Source of the DNA: Thermoanaerobaculia bacterium
GTDB taxonomy: Bacteria > Acidobacteriota > Thermoanaerobaculia > UBA5066
DNA: 64,000 nt
Direction: 5' to 3'
Assembly (NCBI GenBank): GCA_963719225.1
Contig: CAVRAY010000002.1
Coordinates: 416,001-480,000, forward strand
The translations under genes were made by a program, and so were the position numbers. This document shows positions 32,959 through 43,963 of the stretch, piece by piece (position 1 is the stretch's first letter; the number at the start of each line of letters is the position of its first letter). Below the pieces are notes generated by a model, which did no database searches, was not told the origin of the DNA, and saw only the letters and a list, made by a program, of their open reading frames with translations.

Positions 32959-34059
32959 TCAGGGAGGCGTCAGGAGGGTCTCGTAGGCGTCGGCCACCGC
33001 CTCCCACCGGTAATCCCGGCGCGCGCGCTCGAGCGCCGCTTTGCCCGAAGACTCGCGAGCCGAGGGATCCGAGAGGAGGGCCGCCAGGGCGGCGGCGAGG
33101 TGGGGAGCGCTTCGCACGTCCACGTAGAGCGCGGCCTTCCCGGCCGCCTCGCGATTCTCCTGGGTGTCGTGGACGACGAGCGGCCGGCCGAAGCCCATCG
33201 CCTCGACGAGCGCCGGGTGCGTACCCCCGACTTCGGTCGCGTGCACGTAGACCGCGGCATGCGCGAGGAGCTCGCGGTAAGACTCCCCGTAGAGCGCCCC
33301 GGGAAGGAGAACCCGCGGGTCCCGCGACGCCTCGGCGCGGACGCGGACGAGAAAGTCGTCCGCGTACGGCGCATGGCCCACCAGGACGAGCTTCGTGTCG
33401 CCCGGCACTTCGCGGAACGCGCGCACGACCGCGTCCGCGTTGTTCTCCGGCTCGAAGCGGGACACGTAGAGCACGTAGCCGCCGCGTTCGAGCCCGAGAC
33501 GCTGGAGCGTCGTGGAAGACACGGGAGGGGGCAGGTCGGAGCCGTACGGAATGAAGACGGACTCTTTTCCGTATTGCTCGCGGTAATAGGCCTGGATGGC
33601 GCGGGCATCCGTCACGACGGCGTCCGGCATCACGCAGGAGAGCCGCTCCGAAAGCGCATGGACGGCCCGGCCGAGCCGGTTCCACTTGCGGCGGTTGCGC
33701 TCTAGCCCGTCCACGTTCAGGACGATCCGCGAAGGAGCCCCGAGGAGGCGGGGCAGCCGGCAGAGGAGGGCATTCGCCCCGTTGCAGACGAGAACGGCGT
33801 CGTACCCTTCCGCCGCGGCGTGGAGCCCCGAGAGCGCCGAGTGGACGACGGTGTCGAAGTATTTCAGGCGGAGCGTCGGAAGATGGACGATCCGCGCCCC
33901 GCGATGGGCCGAGACGAGGGAGCCGACGCCGTGCGGGCGCGCGTAGACCGTCACGTCGTGCCCTCGGTCCGCGAGGCGGGCCGAGAGCTCCTCGGCGAGC
34001 GTCTCGAAGCCGCCGTAGGCGGCGGGAACGCCGCGCGTCCCTATGATGGCGATTCTCAT
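32959..34059 (-). CDS. glycosyltransferase family 4 (DUF1972-type)
   Basis: IGTRGVPAAYGGFET, NVDGLE, RFEPENN and GGTHPALVEAM. Confidence 0.9.
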   Translation of the reverse strand: MRIAIIGTRGVPAAYGGFETLAEELSARLADRGHDVTVYARPHGVGSLVSAHRGARIVHLPTLRLKYFDTVVHSALSGLHAAAEGYDAVLVCNGANALLCRLPRLLGAPSRIVLNVDGLERNRRKWNRLGRAVHALSERLSCVMPDAVVTDARAIQAYYREQYGKESVFIPYGSDLPPPVSSTTLQRLGLERGGYVLYVSRFEPENNADAVVRAFREVPGDTKLVLVGHAPYADDFLVRVRAEASRDPRVLLPGALYGESYRELLAHAAVYVHATEVGGTHPALVEAMGFGRPLVVHDTQENREAAGKAALYVDVRSAPHLAAALAALLSDPSARESSGKAALERARRDYRWEAVADAYETLLTPP

Positions 34060-35090
34060 GCGCGGCGCGCCTTCTCCTCTTCGGACGTGAACCAGGGAAG
34101 GAGGTCGCGGTCGGTCACGGTGCGCGCGGCGCGGATTGCGGCTCGCTTGGCGAGAAGGCGCGCGCGGTTCTCCGCGAGCCAGCGGAGCGCCGGCAAAGAG
34201 CTCCGTTCCACCGTGAGGCAGGCGGCGACGACGACGAGGTCGCGGACGAACGTGCCCGTGAACGTCGCCAGGAGGTGCGATTTGCCGGCGTTGTTGATCC
34301 TGAGGAGGAAGCGGTTCTTGACGGAATGCAGGTTCGCGGACGGAGACATCTCGCGCCGCCGCTCGGGCAGGTTGCGCCGGCGGTGCCAGGCGAGGGCGGC
34401 GGGGACGCAGCGCGCGGTCCAGCCGCGGCCGCGCAGCCGCCAGGCGAGGTCCACGTCCTCGCGGTAGAGGAAGAAGTCGTCGTCGAAAAAGCCGGTGGCG
34501 ATCTTCACGTCGGCCAGCGCGGCCGTCCGATAGAGCGCGACGCAGCCCGAGACGCCGAAAACCTCCGCCGGCCGGTCGTAGCGGCCGTCGTCCGGGAAGC
34601 CCGCGCCGATGTCGAAGTGCCGGCCGTTCTTCGCCATGCGGATCCCGACCGTGTCGAGCACGGTCGTGGGAAGGAGGTCCGCTCCTTCGGCCCTCAGGAT
34701 CTTCCCGGTGAAGGACCCGGCCCGCGCGCTTTCCGGCCGTTCGGCTTCTGCGAGGAGGCGCTCGAGAAAATCGGGCGCGAGGACCACGTCGGAGTTGAGG
34801 ACGAGGACCCAGGGGCTGCCCTCCTCCACGGCCCTGCCGATCGCGAGGTTATGACCGCCCGTGTAACCGAGGTTCTCGCGCGAGGCGACGACCCGGAGGG
34901 GGACGGGCGTCACCTTTTCGAAGGCGGCGAACGTGGAGCGCGTTCCGTCCTCGGACGCGTTGTCCACGGCCACGATGGAGAAATCGCGGAACGTCTGCGC
35001 GAAGAGAGAAGGCATGAGGCGCTCGACGTCGCGCGACTCGTTGTGCGTCACGATCGAGACGAGAACGCGCCGCGCGTCGAGGGCCGTCAC
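34056..35090 (-). CDS. glycosyltransferase family 2
   Basis: IVTHN, VDNASEDG, NLGYTGGHN, LNSD and FFLYREDVDLAWR. Confidence 0.9.
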   Translation of the reverse strand: MTALDARRVLVSIVTHNESRDVERLMPSLFAQTFRDFSIVAVDNASEDGTRSTFAAFEKVTPVPLRVVASRENLGYTGGHNLAIGRAVEEGSPWVLVLNSDVVLAPDFLERLLAEAERPESARAGSFTGKILRAEGADLLPTTVLDTVGIRMAKNGRHFDIGAGFPDDGRYDRPAEVFGVSGCVALYRTAALADVKIATGFFDDDFFLYREDVDLAWRLRGRGWTARCVPAALAWHRRRNLPERRREMSPSANLHSVKNRFLLRINNAGKSHLLATFTGTFVRDLVVVAACLTVERSSLPALRWLAENRARLLAKRAAIRAARTVTDRDLLPWFTSEEEKARRA

Positions 35091-36037
35091 GAGGACCGCC
35101 CGCCTTCGATCAGGCTCGAGCGCCAGCCGAAGCCGAGGAGACCGCGAACGACGCGCACGTGAGCTCCCGCCGCGTCCTTGCGCGGGTGGTCGGGCCTCAC
35201 GAACGGAAGGAGCACGAGTCTGAGGACCGCGCCCGCCATCGTCGCGACACGCGCGGCCGCGCGGGCCGGCGGTGACGCATGGCGCGCCAGGTAACGGAAC
35301 ATGTTCCGGACGTAGACGGGGCGGAAGTCGCGATAGAAGAGCGCCTGCATCGTCACGCCGCCCACGTGGGTGGCGCGGCCCTCCGGAACGTACCGGATCC
35401 TCCAGCCCGCTTCCAGGAGGCGCGCGCAGAGATCCACGTCCTCGAACCACGCGGGCGCGAAGGCGGGATCGAACCCTTCGATCGCCTCGAAGGCCGTGCG
35501 CCTCACGAGAAAGGCGGCGGCCGCGGGCTGCTCGACGTCGAAGGCCGTGCGGCGATCCTCGTCGAGATAGCGGTCCCGGCGAAAGCCCGCGTTCTGAGGA
35601 AAGAGACGGTCGACGAGGAGGGCCTCCCGAACGACAGCCCGGAGCGACGGGAGGCGGCGGAGCTGAAAACGGTCCTGTCCGTCGCCCTCGAGCCGCGGCG
35701 ACACGGCCGCGACGGCGGGGTCCGCGTCCAGCGCGGCGAGAAGCGCGGCGAGCGTCCGCACGCCGTCCACGAGGGCCGCGTCGGGGTTCAGGAAGAGGAT
35801 CGTCTCCGACGGACCGCCTTCGCGGGCGGCGCGGTTGCACGCGGGACCGAAGCCGAGGTTCGCGCCGGCTTCGATCACGCGGGCGCCCGCCTTTCGGGCG
35901 ACATCGGCCGAGCCGTCCGACGAGGCGTTGTCCACGACGAGAACGGGCACGCCCTCGGGCACGGAGGCGATCGCGTCGCGCAGGTGGGCGGCGGAGTTCC
36001 AGGACACGATGGCGACGAGAACGCGCGGGACGGTCAA
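35087..36037 (-). CDS. glycosyltransferase family 2
   Basis: IVSWN, VVDNASSDG, NLGFGPACN, LNPD and FEDVDLCAR. Confidence 0.9.
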   Translation of the reverse strand: MTVPRVLVAIVSWNSAAHLRDAIASVPEGVPVLVVDNASSDGSADVARKAGARVIEAGANLGFGPACNRAAREGGPSETILFLNPDAALVDGVRTLAALLAALDADPAVAAVSPRLEGDGQDRFQLRRLPSLRAVVREALLVDRLFPQNAGFRRDRYLDEDRRTAFDVEQPAAAAFLVRRTAFEAIEGFDPAFAPAWFEDVDLCARLLEAGWRIRYVPEGRATHVGGVTMQALFYRDFRPVYVRNMFRYLARHASPPARAAARVATMAGAVLRLVLLPFVRPDHPRKDAAGAHVRVVRGLLGFGWRSSLIEGGRSS

Positions 36038-36157
36038 GCGGAACGATGATAGAGCGGCGCTTGCGGGGCGGCATGCCCTGTTCCTTCGCGCGTGAACTCG
36101 CTTCGCTCAGACAGCACGCGCGTGCGTCGCAGGGCATGCCACCCCCGCGCCGCTTAG

Positions 36158-37453
<1,296 letters not shown>

Positions 37454-37480
37454 AGCTGACCGGATCGGGATCCCAGTGAA

Positions 37481-38041
37481 TCAGCGAGGGGTGGCGCGGA
37501 TCTCGGTCAGAAGATCGCCCACGCCGCGCTCTGCCGCGAGGCGTTCGAGAGTTGTGAAATCCAGCTTCTCGCCCTGTGCCGCGAGGAGCGCGCGGACGTC
37601 GCGCACATGCTTCGAGGAGCCGCCTTCCTGGAAGAAGAGGAGTTTTCTGAGAATGACGTATTCGGGCGGTGCGACCCAGATCTCGCGCCCGCCGACCTCG
37701 AAGCGGCGGCGAAGGCCGAGAGCCCATTGATGCAACGGATCCTCGCCCGCGAAGTACACGTCAGCCTTGAGCGCCGACGGCGTGTGCAGAATATTCACGT
37801 GCCCGTGCAGGGGCCTTGCGATCTCGACGGCGAGGACGTCGACGGGTGGGCAGTAGTAGTCCGGTTGCCGAAAGGCGCCCCGAAGATCTTCAGGCGCGTT
37901 CACGCGCGCCACCACGTCGACGTCCGCCGTGAAACGTGGCTCGGCGTAGAGCATGCTCGCGACCGAGCCGGTGACCATGTAGAGGCCCCCCGCCCGATTC
38001 AGCGGCAGGACGAAAAGGTCGATTAGATCCGGATCAGGCAC
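37481..38041 (-). CDS. Pol-beta-superfamily nucleotidyltransferase (AbiEii/DUF6036-like)
   Basis: TGSVAS..Y.EPRFTADVD (GS...RxTxDxD), a later KAD, and C-terminal VILRKL...KHVRDV. Confidence 0.7.
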   Translation of the reverse strand: MPDPDLIDLFVLPLNRAGGLYMVTGSVASMLYAEPRFTADVDVVARVNAPEDLRGAFRQPDYYCPPVDVLAVEIARPLHGHVNILHTPSALKADVYFAGEDPLHQWALGLRRRFEVGGREIWVAPPEYVILRKLLFFQEGGSSKHVRDVRALLAAQGEKLDFTTLERLAAERGVGDLLTEIRATPR

Positions 38042-38261
38042 GCAGGAACTGCCGGCGCACTTCTTCGAGGACGCGCTCCTCGCTCCAGTCGGGATGCTCG
38101 GCTCGCACGCCGGCGCGTTTGACCTCTCGGGCCGTTCGATAGAGGGACTGCGCGACCGCCCACCTTTCGTCGGGCGTCATCGCCGCGAACCTCCGGATCT
38201 GCTCGGGGTCCGGAGCGTCGTCGGGTAGCCGGTGAGTCCGCTTGACCTCGCTCGAAGCCAC
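38034..38261 (-). CDS. small helical protein, putative antitoxin partner
   Basis: 75 aa with MTPDERW...HPDWSEE; overlaps the NTase start by 8 bp; TAGACT 6 nt before the GTG. Confidence 0.65.
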   Translation of the reverse strand: MASSEVKRTHRLPDDAPDPEQIRRFAAMTPDERWAVAQSLYRTAREVKRAGVRAEHPDWSEERVLEEVRRQFLRA

Positions 38262-38296
38262 GCCCCGAGTCTATCCCCGAGGCCCTCGACGGTACT

Positions 38297-38384
38297 TGGC
38301 GGAGGAGGAGGGATTCGAACCCCCGGTACCTTGCGGTACAACGGTTTTCAAGACCGCCGCCTTAAGCCACTCGGCCACTCCTCC
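38297..38384 (-). tRNA. tRNA-Ser (anticodon TGA)
   Basis: GGAGGAG/CTCCTCC acceptor stem plus GCCA, anticodon loop CT-TGA-AA, long variable arm, GGTTCGAATCC. Confidence 0.97.
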
Positions 38385-38455
38385 GCGCGGATCGCCGATT
38401 CTCCATCGGCGATTATCCACTCTCCCTGCTAGACTTCGCGGCCCGGCGCTCACGG

Positions 38456-38549
38456 GGACAGGTGGGTGAGTGGCTTAAACCAGCGGTTTGCTAAACCGCC
38501 GTAGGGCTTTAAAACCTTACCGGGGGTTCGAATCCCCCCCTGTCCGCCA
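38456..38549 (+). tRNA. tRNA-Ser (anticodon GCT)
   Basis: GGACAGG/CCTGTCC plus GCCA, GCGGT-TT-GCT-AA-ACCGC, long variable arm, GGTTCGAATCC. Confidence 0.97.
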
Positions 38550-38567
38550 GCTCGCCGTCCCGGCGGC

Positions 38568-38595
38568 GGAAACTTTCGTCCCTCGAATCGCGTAA
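38568..38595 (+). promoter_or_regulatory. putative ECF (SigW-like) promoter
   Basis: GGAAAC-N17-CGTAA upstream of the efflux operon. Confidence 0.5.
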
Positions 38596-38638
38596 CAGGT
38601 GGAGGCGTCAAGGCGTTGCTGGAGAAGGGAGTCGTTCG

Positions 38639-39919
38639 ATGACCACGCGGATCAAGGTTTTGATCGGAGCGGGGGCGGTTCTCGTCCTCGGCTTCGTCGC
38701 CTACGCCTCGGTGAAGAGCCGGGACAAGAACCTCGTGCGCGTCACGACGGCGAAAGTCGCGAAGGCCCCGCTCGTCGCCACGGTGAGCTGCAACGGCCGC
38801 GTGCGCGCCAAGACGAAGGTCGACATCTCGTCGCAGGTCATGGGGCAGATCGTGACGCTCGCCGTGGTCGAAGGAGAGCACGTCAAGAAGGGCGACCTCC
38901 TCCTCCAGATCGACAAGGTGCAGTACGACGCCGGCGCTCAGGCGACCCAGGCGGGCCTCGAGGCCCTCTTCGCGCAGCGGGAGGCGGACAAGTTCGCGCG
39001 CGAGCAGGCCGAGCGCGACCTCGCCCGCACGAAGAAGAATTTCGCCGCGAAGATCGAGTCCGAGCAGAACCTCCAGAAGGCCCAGCTCGCGCTCGACTCG
39101 GCCCGCGCGAACGAGCGGGCTGACGAGCGCCGCATCGAGCAGGCGCGTGCGAACCTCCTCGCGAACAAGGACAGCCTCCGGAAGACGACGATCATCTCCC
39201 CCATCGACGGCGTCGTCACCGCGAAGCCCGTCGAGCAGGGCGAGAACGCGATCGTGGGCACGATGAACAACCCGGGGACGGTGCTCCTGACCGTGTCGGA
39301 CATGTCCGTCGTCGAGGGCGAGATGGAGATCGACGAGACCGACATCCCGCACGTGAAGGTCGGGCAGAAGGCGAAGCTGACGTTCGACGCATATCCCGAC
39401 AGGAAATTCGACGGCGTCGTGACCGAGATCGGCGGGAGCCCGATCACGAAGTCCGCGCTCGGCACGGACTCGTCCGCCGTGAACTTCAAGGTGAAGGTGC
39501 AGGTCGAGAAGCCGCCCGAGAACATCCGGCCCGGCTTCTCGGTCTCCGGGAAGATCGAGACCGACCGGCGCGCCGCCGCGCTCGCGATTCCCATCCCCGC
39601 CCTCGTCGTGGCGGACCCGGCGTCGCTCGAGCGCCCGAAGGGCAAGAAGCCGAAGCCCGTCCCGACGCCGACGTCGGCCGCGGCCGAGAAGAAGAAGGAC
39701 GTGGAAGGCGTCTTCATCGTGAAGAAGGACGGCGCCGTCGATTTCCGGCCGGTCAAGACAGGGATCAACGCCGACCTCCAGACCGAGGTGCTCGAAGGGC
39801 TCGCGGACGGCGAGGAGATCGTCACGGGGCCGTTCAAGGCGCTGCGCTCCCTGAAGATCGGGGACCGCGTCAAGGTCGACAACTCGGCGGCGGGTCCAGA
39901 AGCCGCGAAGAAGTCCTGA
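38639..39919 (+). CDS. efflux periplasmic adaptor (MacA/YknX-like membrane fusion protein)
   Basis: N-terminal TM, ISSQVMGQI..L.V.EG..VKKGDLL, coiled hairpin, ISPIDGVV and DETDI..VKVGQ. Confidence 0.92.
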   Translation: MTTRIKVLIGAGAVLVLGFVAYASVKSRDKNLVRVTTAKVAKAPLVATVSCNGRVRAKTKVDISSQVMGQIVTLAVVEGEHVKKGDLLLQIDKVQYDAGAQATQAGLEALFAQREADKFAREQAERDLARTKKNFAAKIESEQNLQKAQLALDSARANERADERRIEQARANLLANKDSLRKTTIISPIDGVVTAKPVEQGENAIVGTMNNPGTVLLTVSDMSVVEGEMEIDETDIPHVKVGQKAKLTFDAYPDRKFDGVVTEIGGSPITKSALGTDSSAVNFKVKVQVEKPPENIRPGFSVSGKIETDRRAAALAIPIPALVVADPASLERPKGKKPKPVPTPTSAAAEKKKDVEGVFIVKKDGAVDFRPVKTGINADLQTEVLEGLADGEEIVTGPFKALRSLKIGDRVKVDNSAAGPEAAKKS

Positions 39920-39935
39920 GGACGAAGGGTCGGGC

Positions 39936-41156
39936 ATGCTGATCGGGGAGCTCCTGCGCGTTGCCTGGAAGGCGGTGACGGCGCACAAGCTCCGCTCGTT
40001 CCTCACGCTCCTCGGCGTCATCATCGGCGTCATGACGGTCGTCGCCGTCGTGGCCGTCATCTCGGGCCTCAACAACTACGTCGCGACGAAGATCTTCTCC
40101 CTGAACCCCGATGTCTACGTGGTCACCCGATGGGGAATCATCACGTCGCACGAGGGTTTCCTCGAAGCTCTCAAGAGGAAGCCCGTCAAGAAGCCCGACT
40201 ACGAGCAGGTCGTGCGGCTCGCGCGCCTCGCGGAGAAGATCGGCGCCCAGTCGGGAACTCTTCAGCTCGTCAAGTCGGCGAACCACCGCCTTTCGGATGT
40301 CTCGATCCAGGGCACGACGTCGAACATGAGCGAGATCCGGAATCTCGACCTGGAGTCGGGGCGCTTCTTCACCGAGATGGAGAACGAGCACCGGGCTTAC
40401 GTCGCCGTCATCGGCTCGGACGTGAGAGAGGAGCTCTTTCCGCGCGTGGACCCGATCGGCCGGACGGTCACGATCGGCGGGACGCCGTTCGAGATCATCG
40501 GTCTCCTCGCCAAGCAGGGCTCCGTCCTCGGCCAGAGTCAGGACAACGTCGCGTACATCCCACGCGAGACCCTCTGCAAGGTCTGGGGCTCGAACCGCCA
40601 GCTCGGCATGTACATCCAGGCGAAAGGCGGCGTGGCCGGCGTGCCGGCGTCGATGGACGAGATCCGGAGTATTTTCCGGGCGATCCGCCACACGGAGCCG
40701 AGCGCGCCGGATCCCGTCGTCTTCGTGAACGCGGACGCGGTTCAGGTCGTGTGGAAGGCGATCACGGCGGCCGCTTTCGCCCTCCTCGTCTTCATCAGCG
40801 GGATCTCTCTCGTCGTCGGCGCGATCGTGATCGCGAACATCATGCTCGTGTCCGTCATCGAAAGGACGAAGGAGATCGGCCTGCGCCTCGCGGTGGGAGC
40901 CCGCAGGAGGGACGTCCTCTTCCAGTTTCTCCTCGAGGCCGGCCTCCTCGCGCTCGGCGGCGGGTGCCTCGGCGTGTTCTTCGGCTGGGTCATCGCGCTC
41001 GCGGTGGACGCGTTCTCGCCGCTCCCGACGCTCGTGACGCCGGGCCTCGTCGTGTCGGGCCTCGTTCTCGCGACCCTGACCGGCATCATCGCGGGCGTCT
41101 TCCCGGCCATCAAAGCCAGCCGTCTCACGCCGATCGAAGCGCTCCGCTATGAGTAG
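39936..41156 (+). CDS. MacB/FtsX-type ABC permease
   Basis: KLRSFLTLLGVIIGV, IANIMLVSVIERTKEIGLR and PIEALRYE. Confidence 0.93.
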   Translation: MLIGELLRVAWKAVTAHKLRSFLTLLGVIIGVMTVVAVVAVISGLNNYVATKIFSLNPDVYVVTRWGIITSHEGFLEALKRKPVKKPDYEQVVRLARLAEKIGAQSGTLQLVKSANHRLSDVSIQGTTSNMSEIRNLDLESGRFFTEMENEHRAYVAVIGSDVREELFPRVDPIGRTVTIGGTPFEIIGLLAKQGSVLGQSQDNVAYIPRETLCKVWGSNRQLGMYIQAKGGVAGVPASMDEIRSIFRAIRHTEPSAPDPVVFVNADAVQVVWKAITAAAFALLVFISGISLVVGAIVIANIMLVSVIERTKEIGLRLAVGARRRDVLFQFLLEAGLLALGGGCLGVFFGWVIALAVDAFSPLPTLVTPGLVVSGLVLATLTGIIAGVFPAIKASRLTPIEALRYE

Positions 41157-41159
41157 GCG

Positions 41160-42431
41160 ATGACGAACGCCCTCGAGACGTTCCGCCGGGTGATATCCGA
41201 GAACCTGCGGTTCGCGCTCACGGCTCTCCGCGCACACAAGCTGCGCGCCTTTCTCACGATGGTCGGAATCGTCATCGGCGTCTGGACCGTGATCGGGATG
41301 GTCGCCCTCGTGACGGGATTCGACCGCTCGCAGACCGAAGCGTTCTCGTCCTTCGGCACGACCCTCGTGCAGTTCCAGAAATTCGAGCCGCGCTTCGGGC
41401 CGGGCCGGCGCTCGGAGGAGGAGAGGAAGCGCAAGGACCTCACGATCGAGGACGCCGACGCGCTCCAGGAGCTCTGCCCCTCCATCCTCGCCGTCTCGCC
41501 GGAGCGCTATTTGTGGGCCGCCTCGCAGGTGAAGGGAAACGGCAACGAGGCGAACTCGCCGACGATCACGGGCGGCAATCAGAACTACGCGATCTGCAAC
41601 AACTGGTCGATCCGGGACGGCCGCAACATCTCCGACATGGACGTCCTCCACGCGACGGACACGTGCGTCGTCGGACAGGACGTCTCGGAGGCCCTCTTCA
41701 AGGGCCGGGACCCCCTCGGGCAGTCCATCTCGGTCAACGGCAAGCGTCTCCAGGTCATCGGCACGTTCGAGAAGAAGGGCTCCTCGGGCTTCGGCGGCCA
41801 GCCCGACAACATCGTCCTGATGCCGATCTCGACGTTCGACCGGCATTTTCCGCAGACGAAGAACTCGCACGACGACACGATTCACATCGCGACGATCCCC
41901 CGATCGCCGGAGCTCGTCGATCGCGTGATCGAGGAAGGCACGAGCGTCCTCAGGACGCGGCGCAAGGTTCCGTTCAACGCGCCGAACGACTTCGCGATCT
42001 TCACCGCCGAGAAGATGCTCGCGCAGATGCAGGCCGTCACGAACGCGATCTCGGGCGTCATGGTGCTCATCGCGGCGATCGCGCTCGTGGTGGGGGGCGT
42101 GGGCGTGATGAACATCATGCTCGTCTCGGTGACGGAGCGGACGAGGGAGATCGGCCTCCGCAAGGCGCTCGGCGCGCTCAGGCGCGACATCTCGCTCCAG
42201 TTCCTGACCGAGGCGATGACGCTGACCGCCCTCGGGGGCGTCATCGGCGTCGGCCTCGGGCTCCTGACGGCGCTCGTCGTGCGCCTCGTCTCGAGCCTCC
42301 GCACGGAGACGCCGCTGTGGAGCATCCTCCTCGGCCTCGGCGTATCGGTGTCGATCGGCCTCGTCTCCGGGATGTACCCGGCCTTGAAGGCCGCGCGTCT
42401 GGACCCGATCGACGCCCTGCGGTACGAATAA
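41160..42431 (+). CDS. MacB/FtsX-type ABC permease
   Basis: KLRAFLTMVGIVIGV, VMNIMLVSVTERTREIGLRKALGA and DPIDALRYE. Confidence 0.93.
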   Translation: MTNALETFRRVISENLRFALTALRAHKLRAFLTMVGIVIGVWTVIGMVALVTGFDRSQTEAFSSFGTTLVQFQKFEPRFGPGRRSEEERKRKDLTIEDADALQELCPSILAVSPERYLWAASQVKGNGNEANSPTITGGNQNYAICNNWSIRDGRNISDMDVLHATDTCVVGQDVSEALFKGRDPLGQSISVNGKRLQVIGTFEKKGSSGFGGQPDNIVLMPISTFDRHFPQTKNSHDDTIHIATIPRSPELVDRVIEEGTSVLRTRRKVPFNAPNDFAIFTAEKMLAQMQAVTNAISGVMVLIAAIALVVGGVGVMNIMLVSVTERTREIGLRKALGALRRDISLQFLTEAMTLTALGGVIGVGLGLLTALVVRLVSSLRTETPLWSILLGLGVSVSIGLVSGMYPALKAARLDPIDALRYE

Positions 42432-42453
42432 GAACTCCGTTACCATTCCCGGC

Positions 42454-42810
42454 GTGGCGGCCGTCCCGAAGAACGTTCAGGTCCTCGGCGACGAGCTCGC
42501 GATCGCCTGGAACGACGGGAAAGAGTCGTATCTCAAGCTCACCGACCTTCGCCGCCTCTGCCCCTGCGCGGAGTGCCAGGGTGAGCGCGACCTGCTGGGA
42601 CGGCTCATGAAGCCGCCTCCGCGCCCGCTGACCGCCGAGTCGTACCAGGCGCGCGGCACGACCCCCGTGGGCGGGTATGCGCTTCAGATCTTCTGGGCGG
42701 ACGGCCACGCCGACGGCCTCTACACGTACCAGAAGCTGCGCGAGTGGGGCGAGAATCCGCCCGAGCTTCCGCCGCTCGCGACCGCGTTCCCGCTGCTGCC
42801 CGTGCGCTGA
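42454..42810 (+). CDS. DUF971 (GBBH-like N-terminal) protein
   Basis: LAIAWNDG...LRRLCPCAEC...VGGYALQIFWADGH..GLY. Confidence 0.85.
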   Translation: MAAVPKNVQVLGDELAIAWNDGKESYLKLTDLRRLCPCAECQGERDLLGRLMKPPPRPLTAESYQARGTTPVGGYALQIFWADGHADGLYTYQKLREWGENPPELPPLATAFPLLPVR

Positions 42811-42820
42811 GCCGCGTCCG

Positions 42821-43963
42821 CTACGGCTTCTTCGCCTCGAGCGCCTTCTGCACGCTCTTCGAGAGCTCGGGCATGCGCTTGCCCTTCACGGTCTCGAGGT
42901 AGAGCGACACGACGGCGCGGGGGCCGGCCTGGAGAGCCGAAAGATACTTCTCGCGTCCGGACAGGCGCAGGAGCGCGTCCGTCACCTGCACGCCCACGAT
43001 GGCCGGGTACCGGCTCCAGAAGTCGCCCTTGCCCGCGTTCAGGAGGAGATCCTGGCGCTCGGTCTCCTTCTTCTTCCCTTCGAGGAGCACGTCCGCCGCG
43101 CGATTCCACCGCGCGAAGGCACGCACGATCGGCTCTTCCAGAAGGGGGACGATCGGAAAGAAATCGTCCGGGATGAGGAAGAGAGTCGGAGGCCCCTCGG
43201 CGATCGTCCGCGCGAGGAGGGTGTCGAAATCGGCCGCTTTCTCGTCGGGCCACGCCGGCGCCCTTCGCACGTGCTCGTCGAAGAGGAAGCGCCAGCCTTC
43301 GGCGGAAGCCGCGCGCAGGAGCTTCAGGACCACTTCGCGCGGCAACGGCGCCGAGGCGAGATCGCCCGTGAGGCGCGGCAGGTCCGCGGCGAGGACGAGC
43401 CGGTCTCCGTCACGGACGGTCGCGACTTCGGCGAAGCCGGAGACGCCGAAAAATGGCACGACGACGAAGGACGCCGTCACGGGAGTCGCGGTGGGCAGAA
43501 GCGACGCGATGCGCCGACCCTCCAGGACGGCCCCCGGCGTCCCGTCCGTCTCGATCGCCTCGAGGACCCTCGTGAAATACGGGATCTTCGGAATGAACGT
43601 CGTCAGGAGAGGGTCCGGCGTCCCGGCGATCGTGGAGACGAGACGCCCGTAGAAATCGTCGGGCGAGAGCCCTTCGGCCCGGATCGCCGCCGTGGCGTTC
43701 GCCGACGCCTTGAGGTGCCGAAGCGTCGCCGGCGCGTCCGGAGCGCCGGAGAGAAGCGCGAGAACGTCGCGCGCGGGCGCCGTGTCGATCGTGAACGACA
43801 GGCGGTGCGGCGTCGGAGCCGCGAGGTCGAACGGCGGGCCGGAAGGACGGGCGGCCGGAGACGCGTCGGCCGCCCGCGCCGAAGGAGAAGGCCAGGCCGA
43901 GAAGACGGCGGCGGCCGCGAGGGCCAGGAGATCGAAGCCGCGTGAGAATCTCGAATCAGCCAA
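42821..43963 (-). CDS. hypothetical secreted protein
   Basis: Signal-peptide-like N-terminus and GC3-rich coding; the start overlapping the HAD gene stop is uncertain. Confidence 0.6.
   Translation of the reverse strand: MADSRFSRGFDLLALAAAAVFSAWPSPSARAADASPAARPSGPPFDLAAPTPHRLSFTIDTAPARDVLALLSGAPDAPATLRHLKASANATAAIRAEGLSPDDFYGRLVSTIAGTPDPLLTTFIPKIPYFTRVLEAIETDGTPGAVLEGRRIASLLPTATPVTASFVVVPFFGVSGFAEVATVRDGDRLVLAADLPRLTGDLASAPLPREVVLKLLRAASAEGWRFLFDEHVRRAPAWPDEKAADFDTLLARTIAEGPPTLFLIPDDFFPIVPLLEEPIVRAFARWNRAADVLLEGKKKETERQDLLLNAGKGDFWSRYPAIVGVQVTDALLRLSGREKYLSALQAGPRAVVSLYLETVKGKRMPELSKSVQKALEAKKP

Noticed and set aside
31466-36037. Glycosyltransferase cluster as a novel system
   Set aside because: An ordinary GT2-GT2-GT4-priming transferase arrangement with nothing unusual visible.
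37454-38296. Integrated element at tRNA-Ser
   Set aside because: No duplicated tRNA 3' end (att) and no integrase visible.
38297-38384. tRNA with TGA in the anticodon loop as tRNA-Sec
   Set aside because: Anticodon TGA reads UCA (Ser); tRNA-Sec needs TCA. The acceptor stem is a standard 7 bp.
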